Source: Spirochaetaceae bacterium | GTDB lineage: Bacteria; Spirochaetota; Spirochaetia; Treponematales; Breznakiellaceae | Direction: 5' to 3' | Assembly (NCBI GenBank): GCA_031265015.1 | Contig: JAISDG010000140.1 | Location: 1-40,502, forward strand | Length of the DNA: 40,502 bases | Shown: positions 25,820 through 35,733 of the stretch, one piece after another | Layout of the letters: each line of letters starts with the position of its first letter | How positions within the stretch are numbered: position 1 is the stretch's first letter | Program-made: the position numbers and the translations under genes | Notes under the pieces: model-generated | The model's database searches: none | What the model was told of the DNA's origin: nothing | The model's input: the letters and a program-made list of their open reading frames with translations, nothing else

Positions 25820-26549
25820 CGTTTTTCCTGTCCTTTCCGCGTTATGCTGTCTTTCCTGCGGCATGGAAGACTATGTGTACCTTGAACCGGTAACATCCGC
25901 CTATTCCACCGCGGTAAGCAGCGCCGTCATAACCACTCCCAGCAACAGCAGTACCTATTTCCGGTACTATACGATTTTTTACCGTATTTATATCAGCGAT
26001 CTTGACCTGTCCGGTATCTCCAGTGACGCCGAACGGCGGAATATCAATCCGGCCCTTGCTTCCCATTACAATACCCTGGATCCCTATACTACCAGCGACA
26101 ATATTTCCCCCAGTGCCATCGGCACCGTCTTTAACAATCTGCGGTATTATCCCCTGTATGGCAGCCTGGATCAAAGCGGCGAGATTCCCATGTACCAGAT
26201 CTTGGATAACCGCTCTGCGGAAACAATACGCCTGGATTTTACCGATACCTCCGCGGGACCTTTCATGACTACCACTTACAGTCCCGGGTCCACGTTTTTT
26301 CTATTCCGGGCCGGGGGCTTTACCCAGCGGCCGGATCGCTTGTTTTACCACAGTTCAGGTTCCGGGAACCTGTCGGACGATTCAATCATCAGCTCTACCG
26401 TCAATACGGATGTGGAACGGAAAACCAATATCTCCGCGTCGCAAAGATATACCTATGTATCCATGTACATCGCGGCGGAGGGCATCGACAGCAATTATAC
26501 CGTTATCTATTCAAGGCCGAAACATATAGGCATATTCCGCCTGCCGTAG
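25806..26549 (+). CDS. Hypothetical protein, putative lipoprotein
   Basis: 247 aa. TTG start overlapping the upstream stop. Signal-like N-terminus MKWSNVFPVLSALCCLSCG with a possible L-S-C lipobox. Ser/Thr/Tyr-rich. I recognise no family. Confidence 0.4.
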   Translation: MKWSNVFPVLSALCCLSCGMEDYVYLEPVTSAYSTAVSSAVITTPSNSSTYFRYYTIFYRIYISDLDLSGISSDAERRNINPALASHYNTLDPYTTSDNISPSAIGTVFNNLRYYPLYGSLDQSGEIPMYQILDNRSAETIRLDFTDTSAGPFMTTTYSPGSTFFLFRAGGFTQRPDRLFYHSSGSGNLSDDSIISSTVNTDVERKTNISASQRYTYVSMYIAAEGIDSNYTVIYSRPKHIGIFRLP

Positions 26550-26618
26550 GGAATAATCCCACCGGAGAAGGGGAAAAGTTACCGCCCGCTTTACTATTCA
26601 TAATGTAGATTCTGTCTA

Positions 26619-29009
26619 CTATTCCATGGGGGTGTTGTTTTTTGTGTACAAAGCGTTATAAACGTCAAAATAATCAGCGGCTTCTCCGGTTTCGGGGTTC
26701 CTCGCGTACACCGCGTCCCGGACAAGGCCATACAGCGTAGCGCCGTTCGTTATGGCGCTGCGGAAGGTTTTTTCTTCCCCGGCGGCAACCACGCTGTCTC
26801 CGTACCGGAAACCCCACAGTAAAGAAGCGACGGAATGTTTTTTGACCCCTTCGGCGATATGGTACAACCGGACGGAATGGACCGTAAACCCCGCGGGCAG
26901 CGCCGGGTTCAGAAGGGCCGTAAAATCCTCCGAATCGGGACAATTCTCCAGGTCAACGCTGGCTATTTCCGCCTTGCAGACCAGGCCCAGGGCCGCGGGC
27001 GAAGCAAAATCAAGTTTTATCAGAGGGTTGAAGCCCCGGGTATAAACGACGTTCATGCCGGAACGGATGAAAGCCATGGAAAAAACTTCCAGTACCCCCA
27101 AATGAGAAATTAAAACCGCGGAGCCTGTTTTGGAAAAAGAAAAAACGGCGCGGAAACAGGTTCCGGAAACGAAAGCTCCGGAACTTTCCGTTTGTCCGGT
27201 TCCTTCATGGGTAGCGGGTTCCCCGCCGTTTTCAATAACGGGATGTATACTATTTTCCGCAATCCCGGCAGGGGAAAAACAAACGCCGCAGGGGTGGGTA
27301 CAGTTTTGCCCACATGGTGAAGTAAGCATGCTGTTCTCCGAACGGAGAGCTTCGTTTTCAAGAAACCCGTCCCCTGCCCCGCTTTTGATAACGGACCAGG
27401 GCAGCTTTTCCTGCGGCGGGCGCTGCCCCAGAAGGGATGCCGCCAGGGCCGATCGTTCCAGAAGGACGCTTTTCCAGAGATCAATGGAAATATAATCGGA
27501 CCAGGCGTCAAGCCGGCATCCCCTTGTATAGGCCTCTTCCAGGATTTCTCCCACCTGCTCATCCCCCCTGGCGATGATCCCTTCAAGCATGCTTATAAAG
27601 GGATTATGGACGCTTACCTTGTGTCCCCGGGGTTTCAGGACGCTCTGGATATAACGGAGCTTTTCCCAGGCTTCTTCCACCCCAAGCTGGCGGGAACGCT
27701 GGTAAGGCGTATGGGGTTTCGGCACAAAGGTACCCACGGTGATATGGAAATGGGCTCCCACGGCTCTGCCGGCTTCAAGGATAAAGTCGGCGATCCGCCG
27801 TTCTTCGCCCCCGCCGTGATCCGGGGGAAGGCCGATCATAAAATAAAATTTTATCCCCTTCCAGCCGTATTTCTTTGCTTCGCCTATAATGGAAACGACT
27901 TCTTTGAGGGCGACCTGTTTATTGATCGCAAGCTGTTCCATATCCCCCGGCGTTTCCACCGCAAAGGTTAATCCGCTCTTTCGGATTTCGGAAATTCCCG
28001 CCAAAAGGGGCAGGGAAAAACCGGATATTCGCAGCGAGGGAAGCTGAAAAGAAATATGCCGGCGGCGGTAGCGGCTGTTCAGGGCGGTAACCAGGCCGGT
28101 AATATGCCGATAGTCCCCGCTGGAAAGGGAGGAAAGGCTTATTTCCCGGTAGCCGCCCCGCCGGATAAACTCTTCCGCTTCCTCCATAACAAGATCCGCC
28201 CTTTTCTGCCGCATGGGCCGGTACCATATACCGGCATGGCAAAAACGGCAGCCGTTGGGACAGCCCCGCATGATCTCAACCGCCCCGTGGTGCTGCACGG
28301 TCCGTATGCTCGGTACCGGAAAAACGGAAGCGGGCCGGCTTTCCCTGCCGAAGTCCGCGGCCACCGCCCGGCGGACGGCCTGCTTCCCCGGGGTCCAGAT
28401 ATGGGGATGGGCCGTAATATGATCCAGGAGCGTCCTTCTGGAAGCGCCCTTCCGTTTCAGGGACAAGAGTTCCCGGGCCAGATCAAAAAAACCCGCTTCC
28501 GCCTCGCCTATCCAGAAAGCGTCGATAAAGGAACTGTAGGGCAGCGGATTGGATACGCAGGGCCCGCCCATAATCACGATGGGGTCCTCCCCTCCCCTCT
28601 CCGCCGCCCTGATGGAAAGACGGGAATGGTCCAGCACCGATAATACCCCGCTTATGCCCAGCTCGTAACCCAGGGTAAAAAGGAGCAGGTCCGTATCGTT
28701 TAACTGTATCCCCGTATCCAGGCCGTAAAGGACAAGGCCTTCCGCTTCCAGCAGTTTTTCAAAGTCCGGCGCCGGCGCAAAGGCCCGGTCGCAGGAAATC
28801 CCCTCTATCCTGTTAAGCCCGTTGTAGATAATGCGGAAAGCCTGGTTGGACATGCCCAGCTCATAGAGATCCGGAAAAACCACCGCGGCATAAAGGGCCG
28901 CGCCGGTTTTGGCAAGCAGGCCATATTCGCCTCCCGAGTACCTCGCCGGTTTTTCCACCTCCAGCAGGCGGGCGCCCAGACGGCTTAGGGGATCGATAAA
29001 ACGGACCAT
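26619..29009 (-). CDS. Radical SAM protein (TIGR03960-like, B12-binding-like N-terminal domain) fused to a DUF2344/TIGR03936-like domain
   Basis: 796 aa. N-terminus LLEVEKPARYSGGEYG and radical-SAM motif CPNGCRFCHAG. The C-terminal part (FSKTGSAVLISHLGVLEVFSMAFIRSGMNVVYTRGFNPLIKLDFASPAALG) is typical of DUF2344. Confidence 0.8.
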   Translation of the reverse strand: MVRFIDPLSRLGARLLEVEKPARYSGGEYGLLAKTGAALYAAVVFPDLYELGMSNQAFRIIYNGLNRIEGISCDRAFAPAPDFEKLLEAEGLVLYGLDTGIQLNDTDLLLFTLGYELGISGVLSVLDHSRLSIRAAERGGEDPIVIMGGPCVSNPLPYSSFIDAFWIGEAEAGFFDLARELLSLKRKGASRRTLLDHITAHPHIWTPGKQAVRRAVAADFGRESRPASVFPVPSIRTVQHHGAVEIMRGCPNGCRFCHAGIWYRPMRQKRADLVMEEAEEFIRRGGYREISLSSLSSGDYRHITGLVTALNSRYRRRHISFQLPSLRISGFSLPLLAGISEIRKSGLTFAVETPGDMEQLAINKQVALKEVVSIIGEAKKYGWKGIKFYFMIGLPPDHGGGEERRIADFILEAGRAVGAHFHITVGTFVPKPHTPYQRSRQLGVEEAWEKLRYIQSVLKPRGHKVSVHNPFISMLEGIIARGDEQVGEILEEAYTRGCRLDAWSDYISIDLWKSVLLERSALAASLLGQRPPQEKLPWSVIKSGAGDGFLENEALRSENSMLTSPCGQNCTHPCGVCFSPAGIAENSIHPVIENGGEPATHEGTGQTESSGAFVSGTCFRAVFSFSKTGSAVLISHLGVLEVFSMAFIRSGMNVVYTRGFNPLIKLDFASPAALGLVCKAEIASVDLENCPDSEDFTALLNPALPAGFTVHSVRLYHIAEGVKKHSVASLLWGFRYGDSVVAAGEEKTFRSAITNGATLYGLVRDAVYARNPETGEAADYFDVYNALYTKNNTPME

Positions 29010-29012
29010 GAA

Positions 29013-30323
29013 TCAGCGCCGGAACCTTCTGATATGGATGCTCATGGCAAGGCCCACGCCTATCATGGCGGAGATAAGCGCGGAACCTCCGTAGGACATA
29101 AAGAGCAGCGGTATTCCCGTAATGGGCATAACCCCCATGGACATACCGACATTGATAAGAAAATGAAATGAATATATGGCCGCAAGCCCCGCGGAGATAT
29201 AGGCGCCAAAGGCGTCCGGGGTGGTTTTCATCAGTTTGACAAGCCGCAGGCAGATAAGGAGAAAAAGGGCAAAGACCAAAAGCCCGCCCAGGAACCCCCA
29301 TTCTTCGGTAAAAATGGAGAAAATAAAATCCGTGCTCTGCTGGGGAAGAAACCGGTAGTGGCTTTGAGTACCCTGCAGAAAACCCTTGCCCATGAAGCCC
29401 CCGGATCCTATGGCGGTCATGGATTGGATAATGTGCCATCCCGAACCTCTTGGATCCACATTGGGATCAAGAAAGACAATAAGCCGCATGATCTGGTAAT
29501 CTTTCAGCACCTTGTGCGAAACAAAGGAAGCCAGCAGGGAAATGATCAGTATCAAGGCGGTAAAACATATCCAGTAAAAATAATGTTTTCTGTACCGCGT
29601 ATATCCGAAATAGGCCACGGCGCTGACCAGCGTCAGGGCCAGGACGCTTATTAAAATAAAACGGCCGTTAACCAGGATCATCACCGCCGGATAGGCTCCC
29701 TGCAGGATGGTTTCCTGCCAGAGGGGAAACACCATCATGATGCCGGTTAGGATGATACAGCCCCCGAGAAAAACAATGTACCGCATGGATATGCCGCCAA
29801 CAAAGGTCATGGCCAGCAGAATGGGAATAAACACCAGGGAGGTTCCGAAGTCAGGCTGCATCAGGATGATCGCCATGGGAATAAGCACGATGATGCAGGA
29901 GACCGCGAAGCGGTTCACCATGTTCTGGCTGCGCCTGGTTGAATCCAGGTGACGGGCCAGAAAAAGAATGGTTGTTATCTTGGCAAATTCCGAAGGCTGG
30001 ATGCCGAACCTTCCTATGCCTATCCAGGCCCGGGCGCCGGAAACCATGCGCCCGAAAAAACAGGTATAGAGCAGCAGCAGTATGGTTCCGGCATAAAGAT
30101 ACAGGGAGAAATCATAAACCCGCCGGTAGTTAAGAAGGGACAGGATCAGAACCGCGGCAAATCCCGCCGCGGCCCAGACTATCTGCCGGGTATATTCGCT
30201 TGAATCCACCGTACCGGAGGATGTTAACCCGGAAGAATAGATAAACAGGATGCCGAAAACCGTCAGAAGCAGTGAAGCGAACAGCAGCGGAAAATCTATT
30301 TCCAGAAGATCCCGCAGTCTCAT
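29013..30323 (-). CDS. rodA: SEDS-family peptidoglycan glycosyltransferase RodA
   Basis: 436 aa, polytopic, with FtsW/RodA/SpoVE motifs (QPSEFAKI, GSGW, TDFIFS, PLLFMSYGGS). Its ATG overlaps the mrdA stop (ATGA). Confidence 0.9.
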   Translation of the reverse strand: MRLRDLLEIDFPLLFASLLLTVFGILFIYSSGLTSSGTVDSSEYTRQIVWAAAGFAAVLILSLLNYRRVYDFSLYLYAGTILLLLYTCFFGRMVSGARAWIGIGRFGIQPSEFAKITTILFLARHLDSTRRSQNMVNRFAVSCIIVLIPMAIILMQPDFGTSLVFIPILLAMTFVGGISMRYIVFLGGCIILTGIMMVFPLWQETILQGAYPAVMILVNGRFILISVLALTLVSAVAYFGYTRYRKHYFYWICFTALILIISLLASFVSHKVLKDYQIMRLIVFLDPNVDPRGSGWHIIQSMTAIGSGGFMGKGFLQGTQSHYRFLPQQSTDFIFSIFTEEWGFLGGLLVFALFLLICLRLVKLMKTTPDAFGAYISAGLAAIYSFHFLINVGMSMGVMPITGIPLLFMSYGGSALISAMIGVGLAMSIHIRRFRR

Positions 30324-32209
30324 TCACGCCGCCCCTGTATGGGGGTAAGATTTTGGAGTCCGAGGGCCAGAACCGCCTCTTCATAGGTCTGGCCGGCAAA
30401 AATACCCTGAAAGATGATCGCCGTCGCGTAGGGGGACCACCAGTCCCAGGGATTGGAAGCTTCTACCAGCACCGTTACAATCACCTGGTCGTCGTGGTTG
30501 GCGGTATTAAAGGGGCCGTAGGCGGTAAACCAGCAGTGCCAGCGGTCGGCCAGGCCCACTTCGGCGGTACCTGTCTTGCCCGCCAGTTCCACCGTTCGTA
30601 TATTGTCCGGATACCGGGCGGAACCCTGGGTGACCACGGTCCGCATATTGTTCCGCACCGTTTCAAAAACCCTGGGGCTGACCTCGTTCTGCATGTTGTG
30701 GATAATTTCCGGCAGTACGGTCTGTTCCACGGCCCCGGAAACGGGATCCCGTATTTCCTTAAGGACGTGGGGCTTGTAGCCGATGCCGTCGTTGATCACC
30801 GTGGCCACCAGATTGGTAATCTGCAGGGGAGTTACCAGGGTATAGCCCTGACCGATGGACATGTTCATCGTGTCTCCCGCAAGCCAGCGCTCGTGAAAAA
30901 CCCGCTCCTTCCATTGGGGGGTAGGTATGGATCCGTCTATTTCACCGGGAAGGTCGATGCCGGTCATCTCTCCGTAGCCAAAGGCTTTGGCATAACGGAC
31001 GATACGGTCAACTCCCACGTTGTCCCGGCCCGCAACCCAGAAATAGATGTCACAGGAAACCGCGAGGGCCTGCTGAAGGTTAACCCAGCCGTGCCCTCCC
31101 CGGGCCCAGCAGCGCCAGAGCCGGCTTCCGTAGTCCATGCCCCCGGTACAGTTGATCCTCAGTTCCGGGTTGATAAGATTTTCCGCCAGGAGGGCGGTGG
31201 TCATGAGTATTTTAAAGGTCGACGCCGGAGGATAACTGGACTGGATTGCCCGGTTTAAAAAGGGTTTGTTGGGATCCCTGCTCAACGCGGAATATTCCTG
31301 CGACATGGTGGGCCGGTTAAACAGATCCGGGTCGTACCAGGGATAGGAAACCATGGCAAGGATTTCCCCGTTCGGTTTCATCACTACCACCGCCCCCATC
31401 CGGCTGCCCAGGGCCTGCTCCGCCAGCAGCTGGATGGATTTATCCACGGTCAAAACCAGGTTTTTCCCCATCGCCGGAGACTCCCGCACGATATTCCGGC
31501 TCCGGGAGATAAGCTGGCCCCGGACGTCCACGGTTCGTGTTTCCTGTCCGTTCCTGCCCCGTAAAATATCGTCGTACTGCCGCTCGATACCAAGTTTTCC
31601 TATCACGTCCCCCTGCTGGTAACCCTGGTTATAAAGCTGGGTCAGTTCGTCCCGGGTGATATTGCCCACATAACCGACGATATGGGAAAGGCTCCCGATT
31701 TCACCGTAATTCCGTATGGGTTTGGACTGCCAGCTTAAGCCCGGCAGGGAATCCAGGTTTTCCGCCAGTACCGCGATGGTTTCAAAGGACACGTTGGCGG
31801 CAATATCCAGGGGCTGATACAGCCGGTAATACTGGGAGGGAATTTTTTCATCGATTGCCGTTCTGGGGACCTGCAGGAACTGGGCCACCCTGGTAATAAG
31901 ATCGGGCATTTGCCCCTCGGGAACCTCCGCGGGGGTTACGGTTACCGCGAAAGTGTCGTTGTTCATCACCACCGGATCGGTAAAATTTCTGTCAAAGATT
32001 TCACCCCTCTGGGCGGGAAGCACCGTGGTCCTTTTTGCTATATCCAGGGAACGCTGCCGGTACTGTTCGCCGCTGACGATCTGCATATTAAAGAGCCGCA
32101 GGGCATATAGCAGAAATACGGCGATAAAGAGGATCTGTAGAAACCGCATCCTTCCCGGGGGCCGTTCACCGGTATTTTCTACCGGAGCATTGCCGAATAA
32201 CGAAGACAT
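30320..32209 (-). CDS. mrdA: Penicillin-binding protein 2 (elongasome transpeptidase)
   Basis: 629 aa. N-terminal TM anchor, PBP dimerisation domain, and transpeptidase motifs STFK, SIG(SxN-like) and KTGTA. Confidence 0.9.
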   Translation of the reverse strand: MSSLFGNAPVENTGERPPGRMRFLQILFIAVFLLYALRLFNMQIVSGEQYRQRSLDIAKRTTVLPAQRGEIFDRNFTDPVVMNNDTFAVTVTPAEVPEGQMPDLITRVAQFLQVPRTAIDEKIPSQYYRLYQPLDIAANVSFETIAVLAENLDSLPGLSWQSKPIRNYGEIGSLSHIVGYVGNITRDELTQLYNQGYQQGDVIGKLGIERQYDDILRGRNGQETRTVDVRGQLISRSRNIVRESPAMGKNLVLTVDKSIQLLAEQALGSRMGAVVVMKPNGEILAMVSYPWYDPDLFNRPTMSQEYSALSRDPNKPFLNRAIQSSYPPASTFKILMTTALLAENLINPELRINCTGGMDYGSRLWRCWARGGHGWVNLQQALAVSCDIYFWVAGRDNVGVDRIVRYAKAFGYGEMTGIDLPGEIDGSIPTPQWKERVFHERWLAGDTMNMSIGQGYTLVTPLQITNLVATVINDGIGYKPHVLKEIRDPVSGAVEQTVLPEIIHNMQNEVSPRVFETVRNNMRTVVTQGSARYPDNIRTVELAGKTGTAEVGLADRWHCWFTAYGPFNTANHDDQVIVTVLVEASNPWDWWSPYATAIIFQGIFAGQTYEEAVLALGLQNLTPIQGRRE

Positions 32210-32715
32210 TATTTTGTACCCTCCCGCATCAAAAGCGGCCCGAACAGTTTAAGCAGGCCGAAAAGGAACGGGGCGGTCAGGGTATTGAGCAGCAGCTCCA
32301 CCCAGAAAACCGGGGTAGAGAGGGACGGATACGATGGGACCGCTCCGGCAAAAAGCAGGTGCAGGACAAAGAGCATCAGCGCTTTCAGTACCGTGGCGGA
32401 AGCGCAGAGTATCATGGGGAGCACCACTTTATCAAGAAAAAAAGTTCCCCGCAGAAGCCCCGTCAGGGCGCCGACAACGGTCCTGATAAAGGTGTATAAT
32501 CCCATGGGGGCCGCGGACAGGAAATCATAAAAGAGACCCGAGAAAAAACCCGTCAGCTGGCCGTTCATGGTTCCGTTAACATAGGCGCTGAACACCAGCA
32601 CCCCCAGGGACAGATCCGGCACCGCGCCGTAAATCTTAATCCGGTAGAGCAGTACCGACTGCAGCAGCGCCGCGATGGTGGCAAAGAGGGTGGCCCAGAT
32701 AACGTGTTTGGCCAT
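32209..32715 (-). CDS. mreD: Rod shape-determining protein MreD
   Basis: 168-aa multi-TM protein in the canonical position between mreC and mrdA. Confidence 0.75.
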   Translation of the reverse strand: MAKHVIWATLFATIAALLQSVLLYRIKIYGAVPDLSLGVLVFSAYVNGTMNGQLTGFFSGLFYDFLSAAPMGLYTFIRTVVGALTGLLRGTFFLDKVVLPMILCASATVLKALMLFVLHLLFAGAVPSYPSLSTPVFWVELLLNTLTAPFLFGLLKLFGPLLMREGTK

Positions 32716-33633
32716 TCAGTTTCCTCCGCCTGCGCCGTTTTCCGGATTTTCCCCGTTTTCTGCCGGAGACCGGGAATCTATCACAAAAACATACTCCAGC
32801 CTGGAAAAATCAACGCTGCTTTCCAGCTCGATTTCGATGGAGGTATCGTTTTCCTGGTAAAGCACCCTGGTTACCCTGCCCAGTTTTATTCCCGGCGGGA
32901 ATACCCGCCCCAAGCCGCTGGTAACTACCGGTTCGCCGATGGCGATGTCTTCCCTGGTTCGGCGCACGAAGCGCAGCAGCAAGGGGGCTTCGGGACTGCC
33001 CTGGCCTTCGACAATGCCTTCAATCCGGGAATCCTTAAGCCGGGAAGAAATATACGAGGTGGAATCATACAGGGGCATGACCAGGCTTTCAAACGGGGCG
33101 GTCTGGACCACCTTGCCCACCAGGACTTCTCCTGTCTCCCCGTCCAGTCCTTCCCCGCTCTGGTAGGCGATGACCGGCATATTGTTCTCTATCCCGTCAT
33201 TTTTTCCCTGGTTGATCACAAAGGCGGAAAACAGGTTATCCGGATCGCTTCCGATAATTTCCGCGGCAATATAACGGTACGAAAGGGTCCGGGAAAAGCC
33301 AAGCTGTTCCCGGAGGCGGGTATTTTCCTGCCGGATATCGGCGGCGTTTCTTTCCAGCTGTTCATAGCGGCTTATGCGATCCGTCAGGGAATCGTAGGCC
33401 TGTTTCAGGGTTGCCAGTTCCCGGACGGAAAAAACCGTTCTGGAAATAAAGGAGCTAAGCCCGTGAATGCTTCCCCGCAGCCCGGAATACATGGTAAGCC
33501 CCATATCCTTAAAGTCCGCCACGGAACTGCGGGCGGAAAAAAGGAGGGTTGAAAACGAAATAAGGCTTAGGGCGATAAAAACATAGGCGTTGGTATTGAT
33601 GCGCCTTCTTTTTTTGGAATCTTCCCCGGTCAT
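32716..33633 (-). CDS. mreC: Rod shape-determining protein MreC
   Basis: 305 aa. N-terminal TM, a coiled-coil region (..ENTRLREQL..), a beta-rich C-terminal domain, and a Gly/Asn/Glu-rich tail. Confidence 0.85.
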   Translation of the reverse strand: MTGEDSKKRRRINTNAYVFIALSLISFSTLLFSARSSVADFKDMGLTMYSGLRGSIHGLSSFISRTVFSVRELATLKQAYDSLTDRISRYEQLERNAADIRQENTRLREQLGFSRTLSYRYIAAEIIGSDPDNLFSAFVINQGKNDGIENNMPVIAYQSGEGLDGETGEVLVGKVVQTAPFESLVMPLYDSTSYISSRLKDSRIEGIVEGQGSPEAPLLLRFVRRTREDIAIGEPVVTSGLGRVFPPGIKLGRVTRVLYQENDTSIEIELESSVDFSRLEYVFVIDSRSPAENGENPENGAGGGN

Positions 33634-33650
33634 ATCCGCGTATCCGGCGG

Positions 33651-34679
33651 CTAGCCGTTAAGGCTGTCGTAAATGCTTCGGGTATTATCGATACCCCTGG
33701 CATATTCAAAATACTTGCCTGCCCCCAGGGCAACGCAGTCCAGGGGCTGTTCGGCAAGGATTACCGGCACCCCCGTTTCCTTGGAGATAAGCTTGGGCAG
33801 GCCCTTGAGCAGGGAACCGCCGCCGGTCATGACAATACCCCGTTCGACAATATCCGCGGCCAGTTCCGGCGGGGTCTGCCCCAGGGTCGCTTTTATTTCG
33901 TCGATGATCTGCGTTATCGGGTCCTTTAAGGCTTCCCGGACTTCTACCGAATCTATTTCCAGCCGCCTGGGAAGGCCCGTGATGGCGTCGGTTCCCTTGA
34001 TTTCCACCTTTTCGATGGTTTTATCCGGGGAAGCGTTGCCTATCTCTATTTTAAGCCGCTCGGCGGTCTGCTCCCCGATAATCAGGTTGTGGACGCTCCG
34101 GACATGCTTAATAATCGCCTCGTCAAATTCATCGCCCCCCAGGCGTATGGCGTTGGTCACCACCCTGCCTCCCAGGGAAATAACGGAAATCTCCGTAGTT
34201 CCCCCGCCGATGTCACAGACCATGTGGCCCGCGGGTTCAAAAATCGGTATATCGGCGCCGATGGCCGCGGCCAGGCTTTCTTCGATCACCGTGACGTCCC
34301 TGGCGCCGGCCTTGTAGGCGCTTTCTTCCACCGCCCGCTTTTCAACTTCGGTAATGCAGGAAGGAATTCCGATAACCATCCGGGGTTTGATAAAACGGTA
34401 CCGGGGCAGGATCTTGGTAATAAAATAGCGGATCATCTTTTCCGTGGATTCCAGGTCCGCGATAACCCCGTCCCGCATGGGCCGGATGGCGATGATATTT
34501 CCCGGCGTTTTATAGAGCATCCGTTTGGCGTCTTCGCCCACGGCCATAACTTTTTTAGTCCCCCGTTCCACCGCCACTACCGAAGGCTCATTGATAACAA
34601 TGCCCTTGCCCCGGATATAAATAAGGGTATTACAGGTCCCCAAATCAATCCCTATATCAGATGATTTTAATCCAAACAT
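33651..34679 (-). CDS. mreB: Actin-like rod shape-determining protein MreB
   Basis: 342 aa. [25 protein letters not shown] and [17 protein letters not shown] give full-length MreB similarity. Confidence 0.95.
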   Translation of the reverse strand: MFGLKSSDIGIDLGTCNTLIYIRGKGIVINEPSVVAVERGTKKVMAVGEDAKRMLYKTPGNIIAIRPMRDGVIADLESTEKMIRYFITKILPRYRFIKPRMVIGIPSCITEVEKRAVEESAYKAGARDVTVIEESLAAAIGADIPIFEPAGHMVCDIGGGTTEISVISLGGRVVTNAIRLGGDEFDEAIIKHVRSVHNLIIGEQTAERLKIEIGNASPDKTIEKVEIKGTDAITGLPRRLEIDSVEVREALKDPITQIIDEIKATLGQTPPELAADIVERGIVMTGGGSLLKGLPKLISKETGVPVILAEQPLDCVALGAGKYFEYARGIDNTRSIYDSLNG

Positions 34680-34694
34680 AAATCCTCCAAACGC

Positions 34695-35627
34695 CTATAT
34701 AGTATTAAGCCGGGACAGGACCGGCGCGTAGTTCGGATCGGCCCTGTAGGCCCTGCGCCACGCGGCCCGCGCCCTGATGGTATCCCCCCGGGACGCGTAG
34801 ATCTCCCCGATTTCAAAGGAAGCTTCCGCATTCTCACCCCCGGTTTCCAGGACCGATTCAAGGGCCGCCAGGGCGCCGTCCGAATCCCCGGAATTGAACA
34901 GCACCTTACCCAGCAAAATGGTCGATTTAACAACGATGTCCGTGTCCCTGGACTGTTCCGCGCAGCGTTTTAAATAGGCCCTGGCCGCGTCCCAGTCTTC
35001 AAGCCCCATGTAGGACTGGGCTATGTACAAAAGGAGCAGATCCGAATCGGCTCCCTCGTCCCGGGGATTCAGGGAACCGGTTAAGGCCTCTATGCTTTTC
35101 CGGTAATCCTTAAGCGCCGAGTAGGCCAGCCCCAGATATTCCCCCAAATCCCCCGCGTCGTACCGGGCGGCTTTTGCCTCTTCCAGGTATCTCACCGCCA
35201 GATCCGCGTATTCGGGCCCCTTAAGATAGTAGGCCTTACCCAGAACATACCGGATCCGGCCGTCCTTATCAGCGTTTTTTTCCAGCAAAACCTTCCGCAG
35301 GGACCAGATACATTCGTCAACATAAACCAGCGATCCCGCCCCGCTGATCTGGGTCAAGGCCAGCTGGTAGGAGCTAAAACCGTTCATTGTCAGGAAAAAA
35401 GGATCCAGGGGATTTTTTGCCAACCCTTCCCGGCTTTTTTCATAAGCCTCGCCGTAGGATCCGGCCGTCCAGAATTCCAGCAGGTTTTTTTTTGCCCCCG
35501 CTTCCCGGATCCGCGGCTGAACCAAAAAAAACGCCCCGGCCAGCGCCGCGAGGATCACAATTCCCTGAAAAACCTGCTTTTTAAGAACCTCCATGCTGAT
35601 TTTGAACCGGTTTTGGGGTTTGATCAT
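34695..35627 (-). CDS. Membrane-anchored TPR repeat protein (hypothetical)
   Basis: 310 aa. N-terminal TM (GIVILAALAGAFFLV), then several TPR-like units (..LGKAYYLKG.., LGLAYSALKDY.., IAQSYMGLEDW.., IGEIYASRGD..). It ends 15 nt upstream of mreB. Confidence 0.6.
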   Translation of the reverse strand: MIKPQNRFKISMEVLKKQVFQGIVILAALAGAFFLVQPRIREAGAKKNLLEFWTAGSYGEAYEKSREGLAKNPLDPFFLTMNGFSSYQLALTQISGAGSLVYVDECIWSLRKVLLEKNADKDGRIRYVLGKAYYLKGPEYADLAVRYLEEAKAARYDAGDLGEYLGLAYSALKDYRKSIEALTGSLNPRDEGADSDLLLLYIAQSYMGLEDWDAARAYLKRCAEQSRDTDIVVKSTILLGKVLFNSGDSDGALAALESVLETGGENAEASFEIGEIYASRGDTIRARAAWRRAYRADPNYAPVLSRLNTI

Positions 35628-35733
35628 CCTGTTTGAGATTTAATACTGTTTATGATAAAAAGTCAATAAAGCCGCTCCGGCCCGTATACCCGCGCGGGCC
35701 GATGTTCCGCGGGAGCGTGTTACAGGGTAAAAA

